A stretch of 64,000 nt of DNA from a virus (lineage: Duplodnaviria > Caudoviricetes): positions 2,781 through 66,780 of the IMG/VR virus record IMGVR_UViG_3300017747_003445; one strand, given 5' to 3'. Below are positions 26,767 through 37,278 of this stretch, piece by piece; position 1 is the first letter of the stretch; every line of letters begins with the position of its first letter. The position numbers were made by a program, and so were the translations under genes. The notes below the pieces were generated by a model. The model saw only the letters and a program-made list of their open reading frames with translations. It searched no databases and was not told the origin of the DNA.

Positions 26767-28119
26767 TTAAGATAATACTTGTTGACGCAAGAAATGTTGA
26801 ACACCTAAACACTCAAGACCTTGAGCAGTTGTCCAAGAACATGTCCAGTTCATCGCATCTCCGTTAGGATTAACAGGAGATAATGCTCCTGTATGGATTT
26901 CACCAATCATGTCATTACCGTACTTGGTTTGAGCAGGTACGTATCTTACGCGCATTGCTGAATCATAACCACCGCCTTCAACTTTAACTCTATTGTTATA
27001 AGGAATGTAGTAAACACTCTTATTGATAGTAGTTTGGCTGAATAATACCGGTTGGTCTTGAATTGGCATTGCCATGTAATGTAAATCAAACCCACCGTAG
27101 CTAACTTTGTCTACAGTCAAATCTAATTCTTTACCATCAACTACAATACGTACTGATTGAACACCAGAAGAACCTAAAGCCTTCCAATATGTATCATGCG
27201 CACGCTTTGCAGCAGAAGAACCAAATACTAAATAATCTTTAGGAGAACGTTGAGAAATCAACACATCTAAAGCGTTATCAATATTTGTTTGTTGTACTGT
27301 ACCTAAAGTACCATTTACTAATGTAGAACCATACATTTCAATGTATTTGTTCAATCCACGAGTAGTTTGTACCGGTCCACCGCCATCTCCGCCAGAAGTG
27401 TTAGCATCAGTCAAGATAGGGTTGCTATCGCTGAAAGTTGTAACTGACATATCACCTGCAATATAAGCAGCATTGATTTGTCCTTTCAAACGGATTGCTT
27501 TCTCTAAATGGTCTTTAACGATAAACTTGTTTTGTCCGTTAAATTCTACCTCGATTGTAGCAGCGTTTTGTACATCTGTGATTTTAGAGATTTCTCTAAA
27601 GATTTGATACTTGTTAGTGTAACGAGTCAAACCGAAACGTAAGTTGCTTTGAGAAACAGAATTCTCACCAACTGCTACAGAGAATAAAGATAATTTATCA
27701 CCAGCAGTTAAAGTAGCGTTAGCTCCAGAAACTGTCTTAATGTAAACTGTATCAATACCTGAAGTAGATACTACGTTTGTAACGATAGCAGAAATAGCAC
27801 CAGTAGGAACTAACACTAAATCATCTTTACGAGCTTGACCTGAAGTCGCTGCTGTACAAGTGAAGTTTAATGAAGTTGTACCTGTACCATTAACTGTACC
27901 ACCTGTTGTATCTAACAATTTAAATAAACTTTCATTTACAAATGTGTAGTACAAAGGTTGACCTGTTGCGATTGGTTTTTTTCTATCTCCCAACCATAAA
28001 ATGTCGGTTAATGCATCTTCGTTTTGGATGTCAGTAACTAACTTGTTAATCTCTCTCGTGTCAAGCACTGGGTCAATAGCGCTGACGTAGGCTTTGGTTA
28101 TATTTCCAATATTTGCCAT
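26767..28119 (-). CDS. Major capsid protein (HK97 fold)
   Basis: 'YTNKYQIFREISKIT' and 'TTRGL' motifs; 450 aa; follows the scaffold and portal genes. Confidence 0.85.
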   Translation of the reverse strand: MANIGNITKAYVSAIDPVLDTREINKLVTDIQNEDALTDILWLGDRKKPIATGQPLYYTFVNESLFKLLDTTGGTVNGTGTTSLNFTCTAATSGQARKDDLVLVPTGAISAIVTNVVSTSGIDTVYIKTVSGANATLTAGDKLSLFSVAVGENSVSQSNLRFGLTRYTNKYQIFREISKITDVQNAATIEVEFNGQNKFIVKDHLEKAIRLKGQINAAYIAGDMSVTTFSDSNPILTDANTSGGDGGGPVQTTRGLNKYIEMYGSTLVNGTLGTVQQTNIDNALDVLISQRSPKDYLVFGSSAAKRAHDTYWKALGSSGVQSVRIVVDGKELDLTVDKVSYGGFDLHYMAMPIQDQPVLFSQTTINKSVYYIPYNNRVKVEGGGYDSAMRVRYVPAQTKYGNDMIGEIHTGALSPVNPNGDAMNWTCSWTTAQGLECLGVQHFLRQQVLS

Positions 28120-28149
28120 TTTGTTTTGTTTTTAAGGGTAAAATAAATT

Positions 28150-29298
28150 CTACCTGCCTAGTGTGCTTACTTTAGCTCTTGTTTTAATAGCTTCAGCAAA
28201 CGATTCATTGGGTTGGGCAGGCGTATTACCTATTGGTCTTCGTGCGTTTTGCCCTTCTTCCACAATAGCTTTCAGCCCCAATGATTTACCATAGTTCACT
28301 AAATCTCTCTCGTAGTTTGGATTCATTGCCACTAATGCAATTTTTTGCAATTTAGCGACATCTGGAATAAGCTTACTCACATCTGCCTCTTGCGGATTTA
28401 CTGATATTGCTCTTTGCCATTTTTCCGAATCTAACGCTACTGACATTAGATTTTCAGGTTTATCAATATTGAAATTGAATTTACCATTATCACCCAAATC
28501 AATAGCAACTCTCTTGCTTTGATATAAGTTTTTAGTGGCTTCGTGTTCCTGAAAAAATTGAATAATCTTTTGTGATTGGTCTATTTCTAACTTCCGCTGC
28601 TCTTCATACATTGCCTGCGTATTCGCCTCTTGCGTTCTTGCAGGGTCTGGTATTTGGAATTGCTTCTGTTCGGTAACTCTTTTTTGTCTTACAAGTTCTG
28701 CATCTGCCTCTAATTGAATTAATCCAATTTCTCTATCTTCATCAGATGCCATATCTGATTGCTTGTATTTAGACTGATATAATCTTTCAACCTTATCTTC
28801 AGTTAGATGTGGGTATTGCGCCTTTAATTCATCTAAAATCAAATCCTGATGCGATACAGTTTCCCAATCAAATGCTCTTGCTTCTAAATATTTATACGCA
28901 TCTCCTCCATTCTTTCTATACTCTGCAAATTCTGCTAAAAAATCATCATATCCTAATTCTTTTAAAATATCTTTTGGATTTGCTTTTTTTAACTCTTCCT
29001 TCCAATCGGCAATTACAGCACTTGCTGAATTGGCTTCTCCTTCTGCTTCTCCATCAAGTGATGGCATCGTGAATGAAGATGCATTTTCTTCAGGTGGCGT
29101 ATTGTCATTGTCGCTAGCTGTAGTGTTCTCATTTTGAACAGTTTGTGTTTGCGGTTCTACTTGCGCTTCGTTTTCTTCGGCTTTAAAGTTATGACTTTCG
29201 GCTTCTCTGTAATCATCTACGCTTGGGATACCCGTACTAGCTTTGTAAACCGGTTTTGTTTCTTCTTGTGTTGTTTGTTGATTTTGTTCTTCTGACAT
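28150..29298 (-). CDS. Putative scaffold/head assembly protein
   Basis: Acidic low-complexity N-terminus, helical body, basic C-tail; lies just upstream of the MCP gene. Confidence 0.65.
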   Translation of the reverse strand: MSEEQNQQTTQEETKPVYKASTGIPSVDDYREAESHNFKAEENEAQVEPQTQTVQNENTTASDNDNTPPEENASSFTMPSLDGEAEGEANSASAVIADWKEELKKANPKDILKELGYDDFLAEFAEYRKNGGDAYKYLEARAFDWETVSHQDLILDELKAQYPHLTEDKVERLYQSKYKQSDMASDEDREIGLIQLEADAELVRQKRVTEQKQFQIPDPARTQEANTQAMYEEQRKLEIDQSQKIIQFFQEHEATKNLYQSKRVAIDLGDNGKFNFNIDKPENLMSVALDSEKWQRAISVNPQEADVSKLIPDVAKLQKIALVAMNPNYERDLVNYGKSLGLKAIVEEGQNARRPIGNTPAQPNESFAEAIKTRAKVSTLGR

Positions 29299-29327
29299 GT
29301 TTGTGTTTTTTCGTTACGAAATTATAT

Positions 29328-29822
29328 TTAAGGAACATCGTTGATATGTTGGTCGAATTCTAATATCTCTTTAGTTGCTTCAGCTGTTTCATATTTTGCA
29401 AGCAAATCACCATAATGACCTACTGCTTTTCTTTGTATTTCCAAAAATTGTAATAAGAATTGCCCTACTACACAATCTTCATCTTCTGCTTTTTTGTAGA
29501 ACTCTTTATATTTATTATACACTTCAAGCTCCATTTCATATCCTATTTCTAAAGATTCTCCAATAGTCTTTACTTTATCTTTAATAGCTTCAATTGAAGG
29601 CATGTCGGCGCAATCACCCATGTCATTTTGGAATTCAACATGCATTTGATAATGCGTTAATTCTTCAGCGCTTTCTGTTAAAAAATATTTTTGTGTACCA
29701 AAGAAGCCATATTGTTGCATTTGGTTAGCCAAAGCTTTCCATAAATTAGATTGATATAACTCTAGATATAACGCCTCTTGCAAGACGCTTTTCATACTTT
29801 TCGATAATAAGGATTTTACCAT
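29328..29822 (-). CDS. ftnA: Ferritin (FtnA-like, partially degenerate ferroxidase centre)
   Basis: Aligns by eye to E. coli FtnA: LELY (E17), EELTH (E49/E50/H53), EMEL (E94), IQ (Q127). Confidence 0.8.
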   Translation of the reverse strand: MVKSLLSKSMKSVLQEALYLELYQSNLWKALANQMQQYGFFGTQKYFLTESAEELTHYQMHVEFQNDMGDCADMPSIEAIKDKVKTIGESLEIGYEMELEVYNKYKEFYKKAEDEDCVVGQFLLQFLEIQRKAVGHYGDLLAKYETAEATKEILEFDQHINDVP

Positions 29823-29823
29823 T

Positions 29824-32190
29824 TTATTTTGTTTTCATTGTTTGTACTTGCTTTCTGTCACTTACCGCTATTCTAGCATCTGCTGCTATTCTTTGAGCGA
29901 TAACTTTTGCTTCTTTTTGTATTTCAGCTTCTTGAATATCTTTATCCTTCTTGCCCATTTGAATAATATATTCCCATTGTTTTTCGGCATTAATTTTAGC
30001 TATATCTGCATTTAATTGGTCTTGCAATGTGATACGCTTTTCTTGTTCAGCTGTTTGAACTGCCATTGCATTACCTTGAGAAGCTTCTCTTACCTTCTGT
30101 AATTCATATTCCTGCATCTTCTCTCTACGCTTCTTAATCTTATATGCAAGTATCATTGATGCCATTTTTAAATTACGGCAACTCATTACAAGTATTTTAT
30201 CTTCAGGCTCAATCAATCCTTGAGAATCTCTAATGTTTAATTCTTGTATTAGTTGTTGTCTTTCGTAATCAGATGGGCTATCTTCAATAAATATACCAAA
30301 CTCATGAATAGATAAATCAGGATTAATTTGGAAAAATTTAACGGTTTCCGTACCCAATGCTCTACCATAACCTTCTACCTTACCTAACTTGACAGCTATC
30401 TGTACTTTTGCAACAATAGCGTCAGCAACATTTTGTACCAATTGCTTGTCCGCAAAACTTAATAAGTATAAAGCATTATTAGTGCTTTCCATTGCAGCGT
30501 TTGCAACTGGAACTAATGTTTTTGCATTTGGAGTAGAACCATCTGTCAATTCATTTAATCCTGATATTTGACGCATCATATCAATAGTGTTTTGCAACTC
30601 TTGATACAATTGACCAAATACAGCTAATTGCCCTGAAGCTTCAATGCTTACTGGCTTGTAGTTTGGATTTTGACTTAACAAATCTGTTGAACGATAAGGT
30701 ACAACAAAATTAGAAAATATAAAATCCATAACCTTTGTTGGATTCATCTTATCACCACCACCACCAAAATCAACTCCTTCTAATGCATTTAAATCTATAT
30801 TTATTAAATACGGAATTAATTTATTAGACATATTTTGAAGCCTGAACCAAGCTAAACAAGCTTTATCTTCTAATGGAATCAATCTTTCTGTAATGCCTGC
30901 GAAACGCATTTTATAGAAATTCCATGAGTATAATTGGATGTTTAATTTTGTATCCCACCAAGACGAAGGCTGTCTAATTTGATTTTCAGACATACCCCAA
31001 TCATACATATAATCGGTTTGAATTAACCATTTGCATTTATAAACAACCTTTTTAGTAACAGGCATATATACAGGCTCGGCTTGTCCTTTGCTTTTTGAGT
31101 CAACTAAACTAGGTACAGAACCTGCGTAGTCAAACTTTTCAATAGTGCCTTTCTCGTTAACCGCCAAGTCCATTTTGCTTGAATCCTGATACTTTGTTTT
31201 ACCAAAGCGAGCATTACCTCTGTTATCTATTTCTTCTTTATAAGTGTAATCATTCCATGATAGGAATTCAAAATCTAAAATAAGCACCTTAAAACGATTC
31301 CAATATTTTGAATAGTCTGTGCCATACATAAAATTAGATGGGTTACCAAAACGTCCGGCTACAGATTGAACTATCAAATTTAATTGGTCGGGGGAAAAAT
31401 AAGGTGCTAGGTCCCCTACATATACTTCTCTAACTTCTCCGAAATGTACTAAATCGGAAAAGTCATTTTTTGCGCAATACGATAATACTAAATTTTCAGG
31501 ATTAACTTCTCTTACATTCACCGCACCATTCTCATCTATATATTCAGTATATCCACCAATACCAAAATCAAATAAATTTTCAATAGTTCTTTTTCTTTTC
31601 TCGTCAAATTTATTTTTATACATTGTCAAAGCAATAGCACATTCTGCTTCCATTGCCATAACATGTTTGTAACCAAATTGTTGTTCCATTAACAACTGCT
31701 CCATATCTTCAGGCTCACCCTCCATTGGTTTTAATACTGGGCTATTAGCTAATTGCTCATTACCTGCCTTTATTGCAGCTTCACGCATCATCACCTTAAC
31801 TTTCATTTCATTAAAGCGTTCATCTTCTTCACTTTTAGCCAAAGGGTCAACTGCAAATGCTTGCAAATCATAACGCCTTTGAACAAGTTTTGAAATAGCT
31901 ATCTCTCTATACTTTGTTAAAAATGATGGTGGAGTCCAATCCGTATTAAGCCATGTTTTATCTGTTTGCTCATCTACATTCAAAAGTTTTTTATACTTTG
32001 TAGTGCTTTGTCTTCCTAATGCATACTCTCTTATTTCATTCATTTTTGATTGACCGAAATTCAACATATTATTTGGCACATAACCACGGGAATCACCCCA
32101 TGCCGCTTTGCAATATTGAAGTATCCAATCATATCCTTTTTCCCTTGGGTCAATCTGTTGATTAGGGTATGTATTTGTAGCTTGTTGCAT
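29824..32190 (-). CDS. Portal protein
   Basis: 788 aa upstream of scaffold/MCP; portal-like 'ENLFDFGIGG', 'VREVNPENL', 'ISGLNELTDGSTP' and C-terminal coiled coil. Confidence 0.85.
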   Translation of the reverse strand: MQQATNTYPNQQIDPREKGYDWILQYCKAAWGDSRGYVPNNMLNFGQSKMNEIREYALGRQSTTKYKKLLNVDEQTDKTWLNTDWTPPSFLTKYREIAISKLVQRRYDLQAFAVDPLAKSEEDERFNEMKVKVMMREAAIKAGNEQLANSPVLKPMEGEPEDMEQLLMEQQFGYKHVMAMEAECAIALTMYKNKFDEKRKRTIENLFDFGIGGYTEYIDENGAVNVREVNPENLVLSYCAKNDFSDLVHFGEVREVYVGDLAPYFSPDQLNLIVQSVAGRFGNPSNFMYGTDYSKYWNRFKVLILDFEFLSWNDYTYKEEIDNRGNARFGKTKYQDSSKMDLAVNEKGTIEKFDYAGSVPSLVDSKSKGQAEPVYMPVTKKVVYKCKWLIQTDYMYDWGMSENQIRQPSSWWDTKLNIQLYSWNFYKMRFAGITERLIPLEDKACLAWFRLQNMSNKLIPYLINIDLNALEGVDFGGGGDKMNPTKVMDFIFSNFVVPYRSTDLLSQNPNYKPVSIEASGQLAVFGQLYQELQNTIDMMRQISGLNELTDGSTPNAKTLVPVANAAMESTNNALYLLSFADKQLVQNVADAIVAKVQIAVKLGKVEGYGRALGTETVKFFQINPDLSIHEFGIFIEDSPSDYERQQLIQELNIRDSQGLIEPEDKILVMSCRNLKMASMILAYKIKKRREKMQEYELQKVREASQGNAMAVQTAEQEKRITLQDQLNADIAKINAEKQWEYIIQMGKKDKDIQEAEIQKEAKVIAQRIAADARIAVSDRKQVQTMKTK

Positions 32191-32211
32191 TAACTAAATA
32201 AAATTTATTAC

Positions 32212-32244
32212 CAAAATTAATTAAAAGTAAATAAAAAAAACAAA
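32212..32244 (-). promoter_or_regulatory. Bacteroidota sigma-A promoter for the portal-capsid operon
   Basis: TTTG(32241-32244)-N21-TAATTTTG(32212-32219). Confidence 0.65.
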
Positions 32245-32263
32245 ATATATTTTATTAATTAAA

Positions 32264-32809
32264 TTAATATAATTCCCGTCCTATTAAAAGGTCATCATAA
32301 TTCATTTCCATTTTTGTATTATAGGAAAATCCATTGTGTTGAATTGCTATAAAAGGGACAGATACATAATACTTTCCAAGACCTGCCAATGCCCTGTCAA
32401 TATGAGCATCATCCGGTAAAGATAAGTAAGTTTCATAGAATTTTTTATTTACAATGTAGCAATGAAATCCGGAAAACTCTTTTACTGAATTATCCTTTAA
32501 AATCTCTCCTAAATAAATACCACTTAAATATACATCAAAATCTTCAGGTTTATGCTCTAAAAAATAAGAAAAACTATTTTTGTTAGTAAAACGAACATCG
32601 TCTTCCATTATGCATATTTCAGGCAATTTATTATCTAAAGCATACCTGACGCATTGTTTGTGTGCTAAATTTATAGCTTTCTTAACCGAATGACTATCAT
32701 GAACTGCCGGAAAAAATTTAAAATCTCTTATGCCTTGAGTCTTAAATTCCTGCATTAACATATCAAATCTAGTAGCTGAATCAAAATTATGGATTACTGC
32801 TATTTGCAT
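32264..32809 (-). CDS. GT25-like glycosyltransferase
   Basis: 'INLAHKQCV…ICIMEDDV', 'GFHCYIV', 'HIDRAL'. Confidence 0.75.
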   Translation of the reverse strand: MQIAVIHNFDSATRFDMLMQEFKTQGIRDFKFFPAVHDSHSVKKAINLAHKQCVRYALDNKLPEICIMEDDVRFTNKNSFSYFLEHKPEDFDVYLSGIYLGEILKDNSVKEFSGFHCYIVNKKFYETYLSLPDDAHIDRALAGLGKYYVSVPFIAIQHNGFSYNTKMEMNYDDLLIGRELY

Positions 32810-33605
32810 TTAGAATGTTTTTAATCTTGTTAAAAGCCCCTTCGTATGTATAATATTCATTGTATATCTCCTTGATTTTTAACTGCTTATCTACTATCTG
32901 TAAATCAGTGTAGCTTTTTAAAATTTCCTCTATTTTACTTGAATCCTTTTCTTCTATTATAATTCCATAGTCTTCAAAATTAGCATCAAAGCAACTAATA
33001 AATTCATCTGAAATATATACAGGGATGGTTTCGTATTGCATACATTCTGCTATTCTAAAACTATTCAATCCATACCCCCTTGGACATAATCCGAATAATG
33101 AATGAGAGATTATATCGCAAAATGATTGTATGTCATGCTGCTTATCGGAAATATAAAAATCCTTATTCTGTATGTTAAATACATTTTCCCTAATTGGATG
33201 CGTATGTGTACCAATAAATGATGCAAATATTGACTTGCTATGATTCCACTCGTATGAATGTGGCTTACACAATAAAGGAATTTCAACCCCCGTCTTTTTG
33301 CTCATACTGAAGACTAAAATATCTAAATCTTTAAAATCAGTCAGTACCCCGTCATCGTATTGGCAAATAGTCCAATATTTCAAATCTTTAGGTAACTTAT
33401 CTACATAGTCTTGTAATTGCTTTCTTGCTACAGGATTATTACCATAATTATTATTTACATGATATGCTGTCCATTGAATTGGAAGGTAATGCCTTTCAGT
33501 GTTTGGGATATGCTCGTGTGAAACCCAATCTTCAAATATAATATCATTTTCCCAAGGATATATTGTATTTATTGTTGGAGTAAATTCTTCTGGTATGTGT
33601 ATCAT
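32787..33605 (-). CDS. Exostosin-like (GT47) glycosyltransferase
   Basis: 'SLFGLCPRGYGLNSFRIAECMQYETIPVYISD'. Confidence 0.85.
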   Translation of the reverse strand: MIHIPEEFTPTINTIYPWENDIIFEDWVSHEHIPNTERHYLPIQWTAYHVNNNYGNNPVARKQLQDYVDKLPKDLKYWTICQYDDGVLTDFKDLDILVFSMSKKTGVEIPLLCKPHSYEWNHSKSIFASFIGTHTHPIRENVFNIQNKDFYISDKQHDIQSFCDIISHSLFGLCPRGYGLNSFRIAECMQYETIPVYISDEFISCFDANFEDYGIIIEEKDSSKIEEILKSYTDLQIVDKQLKIKEIYNEYYTYEGAFNKIKNILNANSSNP

Positions 33606-34237
33606 ATTTTGTATTTACGGATATATAATGCATCTGTCCACGTTTCGGCTACCCACTCCCCCGTTTCAACTCTTTCAAATCCTCTTTGCAACATGAAATA
33701 ATCAAGCTCCTCTATCAACATGCACCCCTTATACGTTTCTTTCATATTCACCTCAAGCAATGCGTAATCAATATTTTTAATCAAATCGCCCATCCCTTCT
33801 ATTGCTAAATGCTCCGCACCTTGTAAGTCTACATTCAGGAAATTTATAGTAGATACATCTACATCTTTTAGCAATGTATCTACTCTTTGTGTTTTCATAG
33901 CTATTTGTTCTACATAATGCACTTCAGGATGAATCAATGCATGAACTCCTAATTCCAAAATTGATGAACTTTGACTTTCATTATTTGATACATTGAATAC
34001 AACTTCATCGCCATCCACATTACTCAAGCAAGCATTATATGCTGTTTGTTGTGGGTATGGTTTTATATTATGCTGGAGGTCTAAATAAACTTTAGGTATA
34101 GCCTCTACCCATATAACTTTCCCCTTGCAATAATTGTCATAGGCATCTCTTTCCTGTCCGGTAGAAGCTCCTAAATGCAACACCCCGTTTATATCTAACT
34201 TATGCTTGTTGACTAAATAGTCAAATGAAATCATCAT
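33602..34237 (-). CDS. FkbM-family methyltransferase
   Basis: 'VLHLGASTGQE', 'WVEAIP', 'FLNVDLQGAEH'. Confidence 0.9.
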   Translation of the reverse strand: MMISFDYLVNKHKLDINGVLHLGASTGQERDAYDNYCKGKVIWVEAIPKVYLDLQHNIKPYPQQTAYNACLSNVDGDEVVFNVSNNESQSSSILELGVHALIHPEVHYVEQIAMKTQRVDTLLKDVDVSTINFLNVDLQGAEHLAIEGMGDLIKNIDYALLEVNMKETYKGCMLIEELDYFMLQRGFERVETGEWVAETWTDALYIRKYKI

Positions 34238-35241
34238 ATACTTGCGTTTTTATTAACTTGATTATCTATCCAAACATATAAATTTTCTAACCCTGTTTTT
34301 AAAGGCTTTGATGGTCGCCACCCTAAAACTTCTTGTATTAACTCATTATTTGAATTTCTTCCTCTTACGCCTATTGCGTTAGATTCTATATTTTTAATTT
34401 TTATATTTTTACCCGAAATGCTAATTACTAATTTAGCTAAATCGTTAATAGATATAATTTCATCAGAACCAATATTAACTGGTTTTCTATAATCAGATTC
34501 AAGCAATCTCATCACACCTTCTATACATTCATCTATATATAAAAAAGACCTTGTTTGTAAACCATCTCCCCATATTTCTATTTCCCCTCCATCTTTAGTT
34601 TCGCATACTTTTCTAGTAACAGCGGCTGGAGCTTTTTCTTTACCACCAATCCATGTACCATCTTCTCCAAATATATTATGAAATCTAGCTATTCTTATAT
34701 CAAGACCATAATTTCTATGAAAAGAATCAAATAGTATTTCGCTAAATATCTTTTCCCATCCATACGGGCTATCTGGGTTAGCTGGGAAACAATCGCTTTC
34801 TTTTAAACCTTTGTTATCTGTAGACTCTTGTATTTCTTGTGGGTATGCGCAAGCGCTTGATGAAAAGAATAATTTTTTAACGCCACATTTCGAAGCATAA
34901 AATGCAATATTTAAATTTACCAATGCAGAGTTATGCATAACATTTGCATCATTATCTCCTGAAAAAATATACCCTGCACCCCCCATATCCGCCGCCATTT
35001 GAATTACTAAATCAAATGCATTATCCTTATCTAATAAATTATGTTGTTTTGGCGACCATAAAACCCTGCTAACTAATTGCTCATCTCTTAAATCCCCAAC
35101 GATAAATTCATCTGCTTTTGTTTCAGAATGTTCTGGGTATTTCAAATCTACGCCTCTAACCCAATAACCATCTTTTTTTAATCTTTTAACCATATGGCTA
35201 CCTATAAATCCACCTGCGCCACAAACTAAAGCTGTTTTCAT
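34234..35241 (-). CDS. NAD-dependent epimerase, GDP-mannose 3,5-epimerase-like
   Basis: 'GAGGFIGSH', 'MAADMGGAGYI', 'SSSACAYP', 'YGWEK', 'GGKEKAPAA'. Confidence 0.85.
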   Translation of the reverse strand: MKTALVCGAGGFIGSHMVKRLKKDGYWVRGVDLKYPEHSETKADEFIVGDLRDEQLVSRVLWSPKQHNLLDKDNAFDLVIQMAADMGGAGYIFSGDNDANVMHNSALVNLNIAFYASKCGVKKLFFSSSACAYPQEIQESTDNKGLKESDCFPANPDSPYGWEKIFSEILFDSFHRNYGLDIRIARFHNIFGEDGTWIGGKEKAPAAVTRKVCETKDGGEIEIWGDGLQTRSFLYIDECIEGVMRLLESDYRKPVNIGSDEIISINDLAKLVISISGKNIKIKNIESNAIGVRGRNSNNELIQEVLGWRPSKPLKTGLENLYVWIDNQVNKNASI

Positions 35242-35243
35242 TT

Positions 35244-35843
35244 TTATTTATTTAATTTTAAATACCATTGTTTCTTAAACCACCATAATCCCCAACTATT
35301 CAAAGTATCCTCTGAATGTAAAATATCTTCTGGATTAAAGGTCTGCCCATTTAATTCATCTCTTAAAAAAACTTTAGGAACTACTTCATCAACCGCTCTC
35401 ATTACTTCAGGAGCATTGTAATCATGCCCTGCTAATATGTTTTCATCTTTTACCTTTGGATACCAAGCTTTTATTTCTTTTTTAGTTTCCTCGTAGGTAT
35501 GTGACGAATCAATGTAACAAAAATCAAGATAACCATCATTAAATAATTTTACAGCCTCTAAACTTTCAAATGGAACTACTTCAATAAACTCCCCTAATCC
35601 ACTTTTTATAATGTTTTGATATATAGTTTTCATTTGTAAATAACCGCCATAATCCATGTTATCTACCATATACAATTTAAACTTTTTGCCAAGTCGGTTT
35701 ATTTCTTGTGCTAAATAAATGGCACTATCGCCATTAGCAACACCAACTTCACAAACTTTGCAATCGTCAGGAAGCTCTTTTGCAATTCTTCGGTAGAAAT
35801 GCTGAAAATCAAACATAAGTAATTCACTCATAATTTTATCCAT
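35244..35843 (-). CDS. Class I SAM-dependent methyltransferase (Methyltransf_24-like)
   Basis: 'CEVGVANGDS', 'FCYIDSSHTYE', 'LAGHDY'. Confidence 0.85.
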   Translation of the reverse strand: MDKIMSELLMFDFQHFYRRIAKELPDDCKVCEVGVANGDSAIYLAQEINRLGKKFKLYMVDNMDYGGYLQMKTIYQNIIKSGLGEFIEVVPFESLEAVKLFNDGYLDFCYIDSSHTYEETKKEIKAWYPKVKDENILAGHDYNAPEVMRAVDEVVPKVFLRDELNGQTFNPEDILHSEDTLNSWGLWWFKKQWYLKLNK

Positions 35844-36565
35844 TCAGGTTTTACAATATCGCTTGTATCTAATCCGCACCATCCTTCGCTAAACCAAAAT
35901 TGCGGGAATATTACTTTTTTATTTTCGTTTCTGTTTAAATAAGCTCCCCACCAACTAAATGTAGACGGGCTACATATTTGATGCTCACACCAACTCATTT
36001 CTATTAAATCACTTTGCTCATCTGTATTTCCGGAATATTCGCAATCATTTCTATGTTTAAACGCATCCATACACCAAGCAATGTCATCAGAGAAAAACTT
36101 AAATTTATAATCAGGAAACATAGCCATAGCTTTTTCATACCATTCAATAGTAACTTCAGGATGTTTTTCTCTTAAAGTAACATAATCCCCTCTTCTTACA
36201 TGAACTGCGACATATCCCTCTTTTTTTACCCAATCAAATTTTAATAAATATAAAATCTCACTTCTGTATTCATCAAAATATTTTGCAGTTTGTCGGTATC
36301 CTTCTACAATAATATTTTTATCTCTCCAAGATTCTTCAAATGGCAACTCCTCGTAAGAGTGCTTACCTTCCCATAATTGTATTTTTTCTAAACTTGGATT
36401 ATATGTATTATCAATTAAATGATGACAATAAATAGGACTCCATTTTGGATTGCTTGTTTCTAATGGGACTGTAAATTCTAAATCATGTTTTATAGCATAA
36501 GCTATGGCTGTCGCACATTCAAATAAAAAATTACCCATTCTTCCTGCGTTTGTAAAAGATACCAT
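35828..36565 (-). CDS. GT11 alpha-1,2-fucosyltransferase-like protein
   Basis: 'GRMGNFLF', 'GYRQ', 'VAVHVRRGDY', 'FFSDD', 'STFSWWGAYL'. Confidence 0.9.
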   Translation of the reverse strand: MVSFTNAGRMGNFLFECATAIAYAIKHDLEFTVPLETSNPKWSPIYCHHLIDNTYNPSLEKIQLWEGKHSYEELPFEESWRDKNIIVEGYRQTAKYFDEYRSEILYLLKFDWVKKEGYVAVHVRRGDYVTLREKHPEVTIEWYEKAMAMFPDYKFKFFSDDIAWCMDAFKHRNDCEYSGNTDEQSDLIEMSWCEHQICSPSTFSWWGAYLNRNENKKVIFPQFWFSEGWCGLDTSDIVKPEWIKL

Positions 36566-36582
36566 AAGTAAAATTAATTAAT

Positions 36583-37278
36583 TTAATTTAATTTCCTAAT
36601 CTTTTCTAATAATATTTCTCTAAAATCACCTGTTCTTTGAACATTATTTATATAATGAGATTGATTGTGAACCAAATGATTATACCTTAACTCGTGAACA
36701 ATATGAATATACCTACCTGACATTAACCAATTGTAATTTTGAAATAAGCTATCACTTGTTACGGGGTCTGTTGTAGCATCCCAAACATCACAATAAGCAT
36801 TTTTGTTTACAAAATAATTCATACAATTTAAGCAAGTTTCAAACATTGGCTTATCTATGTATTCTTTTAAGTTGTCTTTGCTAACTATTAAATCTGAATA
36901 TTCTGTATAATTGAATGTTGGTTTTGCCCAATCAGGAGCTAAAATCATATCTTCCGCCCATTCTTGTTCAAAAATTTTATCAAGGTATGATTTATCTATT
37001 TGATTATCAGAGTCTAATATAATGCAATAGTCGGTAGGAGATAAACTAATAGATATATACTTATTAGCATAACAATCTCTATTAGTCAAATTTCTATATA
37101 ATTTAACTTTAGATAATTTATCACACTCCTCCTTTAATTTGTTATAAATATGCATTTCGCTTGCATCATCTACAATGATAATAGCTTCTACCCTGTCATC
37201 ATTGTAAACTTCTTTAAAACTATTTAATGTCATTTCTACTCTATTCCAAGTAGGTATGCAGATTGATAATGTTCTCAT
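36583..37278 (-). CDS. GT2 glycosyltransferase
   Basis: 'ICIPTWNR', 'IIVDDAS', 'ILDSDN'. Confidence 0.85.
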   Translation of the reverse strand: MRTLSICIPTWNRVEMTLNSFKEVYNDDRVEAIIIVDDASEMHIYNKLKEECDKLSKVKLYRNLTNRDCYANKYISISLSPTDYCIILDSDNQIDKSYLDKIFEQEWAEDMILAPDWAKPTFNYTEYSDLIVSKDNLKEYIDKPMFETCLNCMNYFVNKNAYCDVWDATTDPVTSDSLFQNYNWLMSGRYIHIVHELRYNHLVHNQSHYINNVQRTGDFREILLEKIRKLN

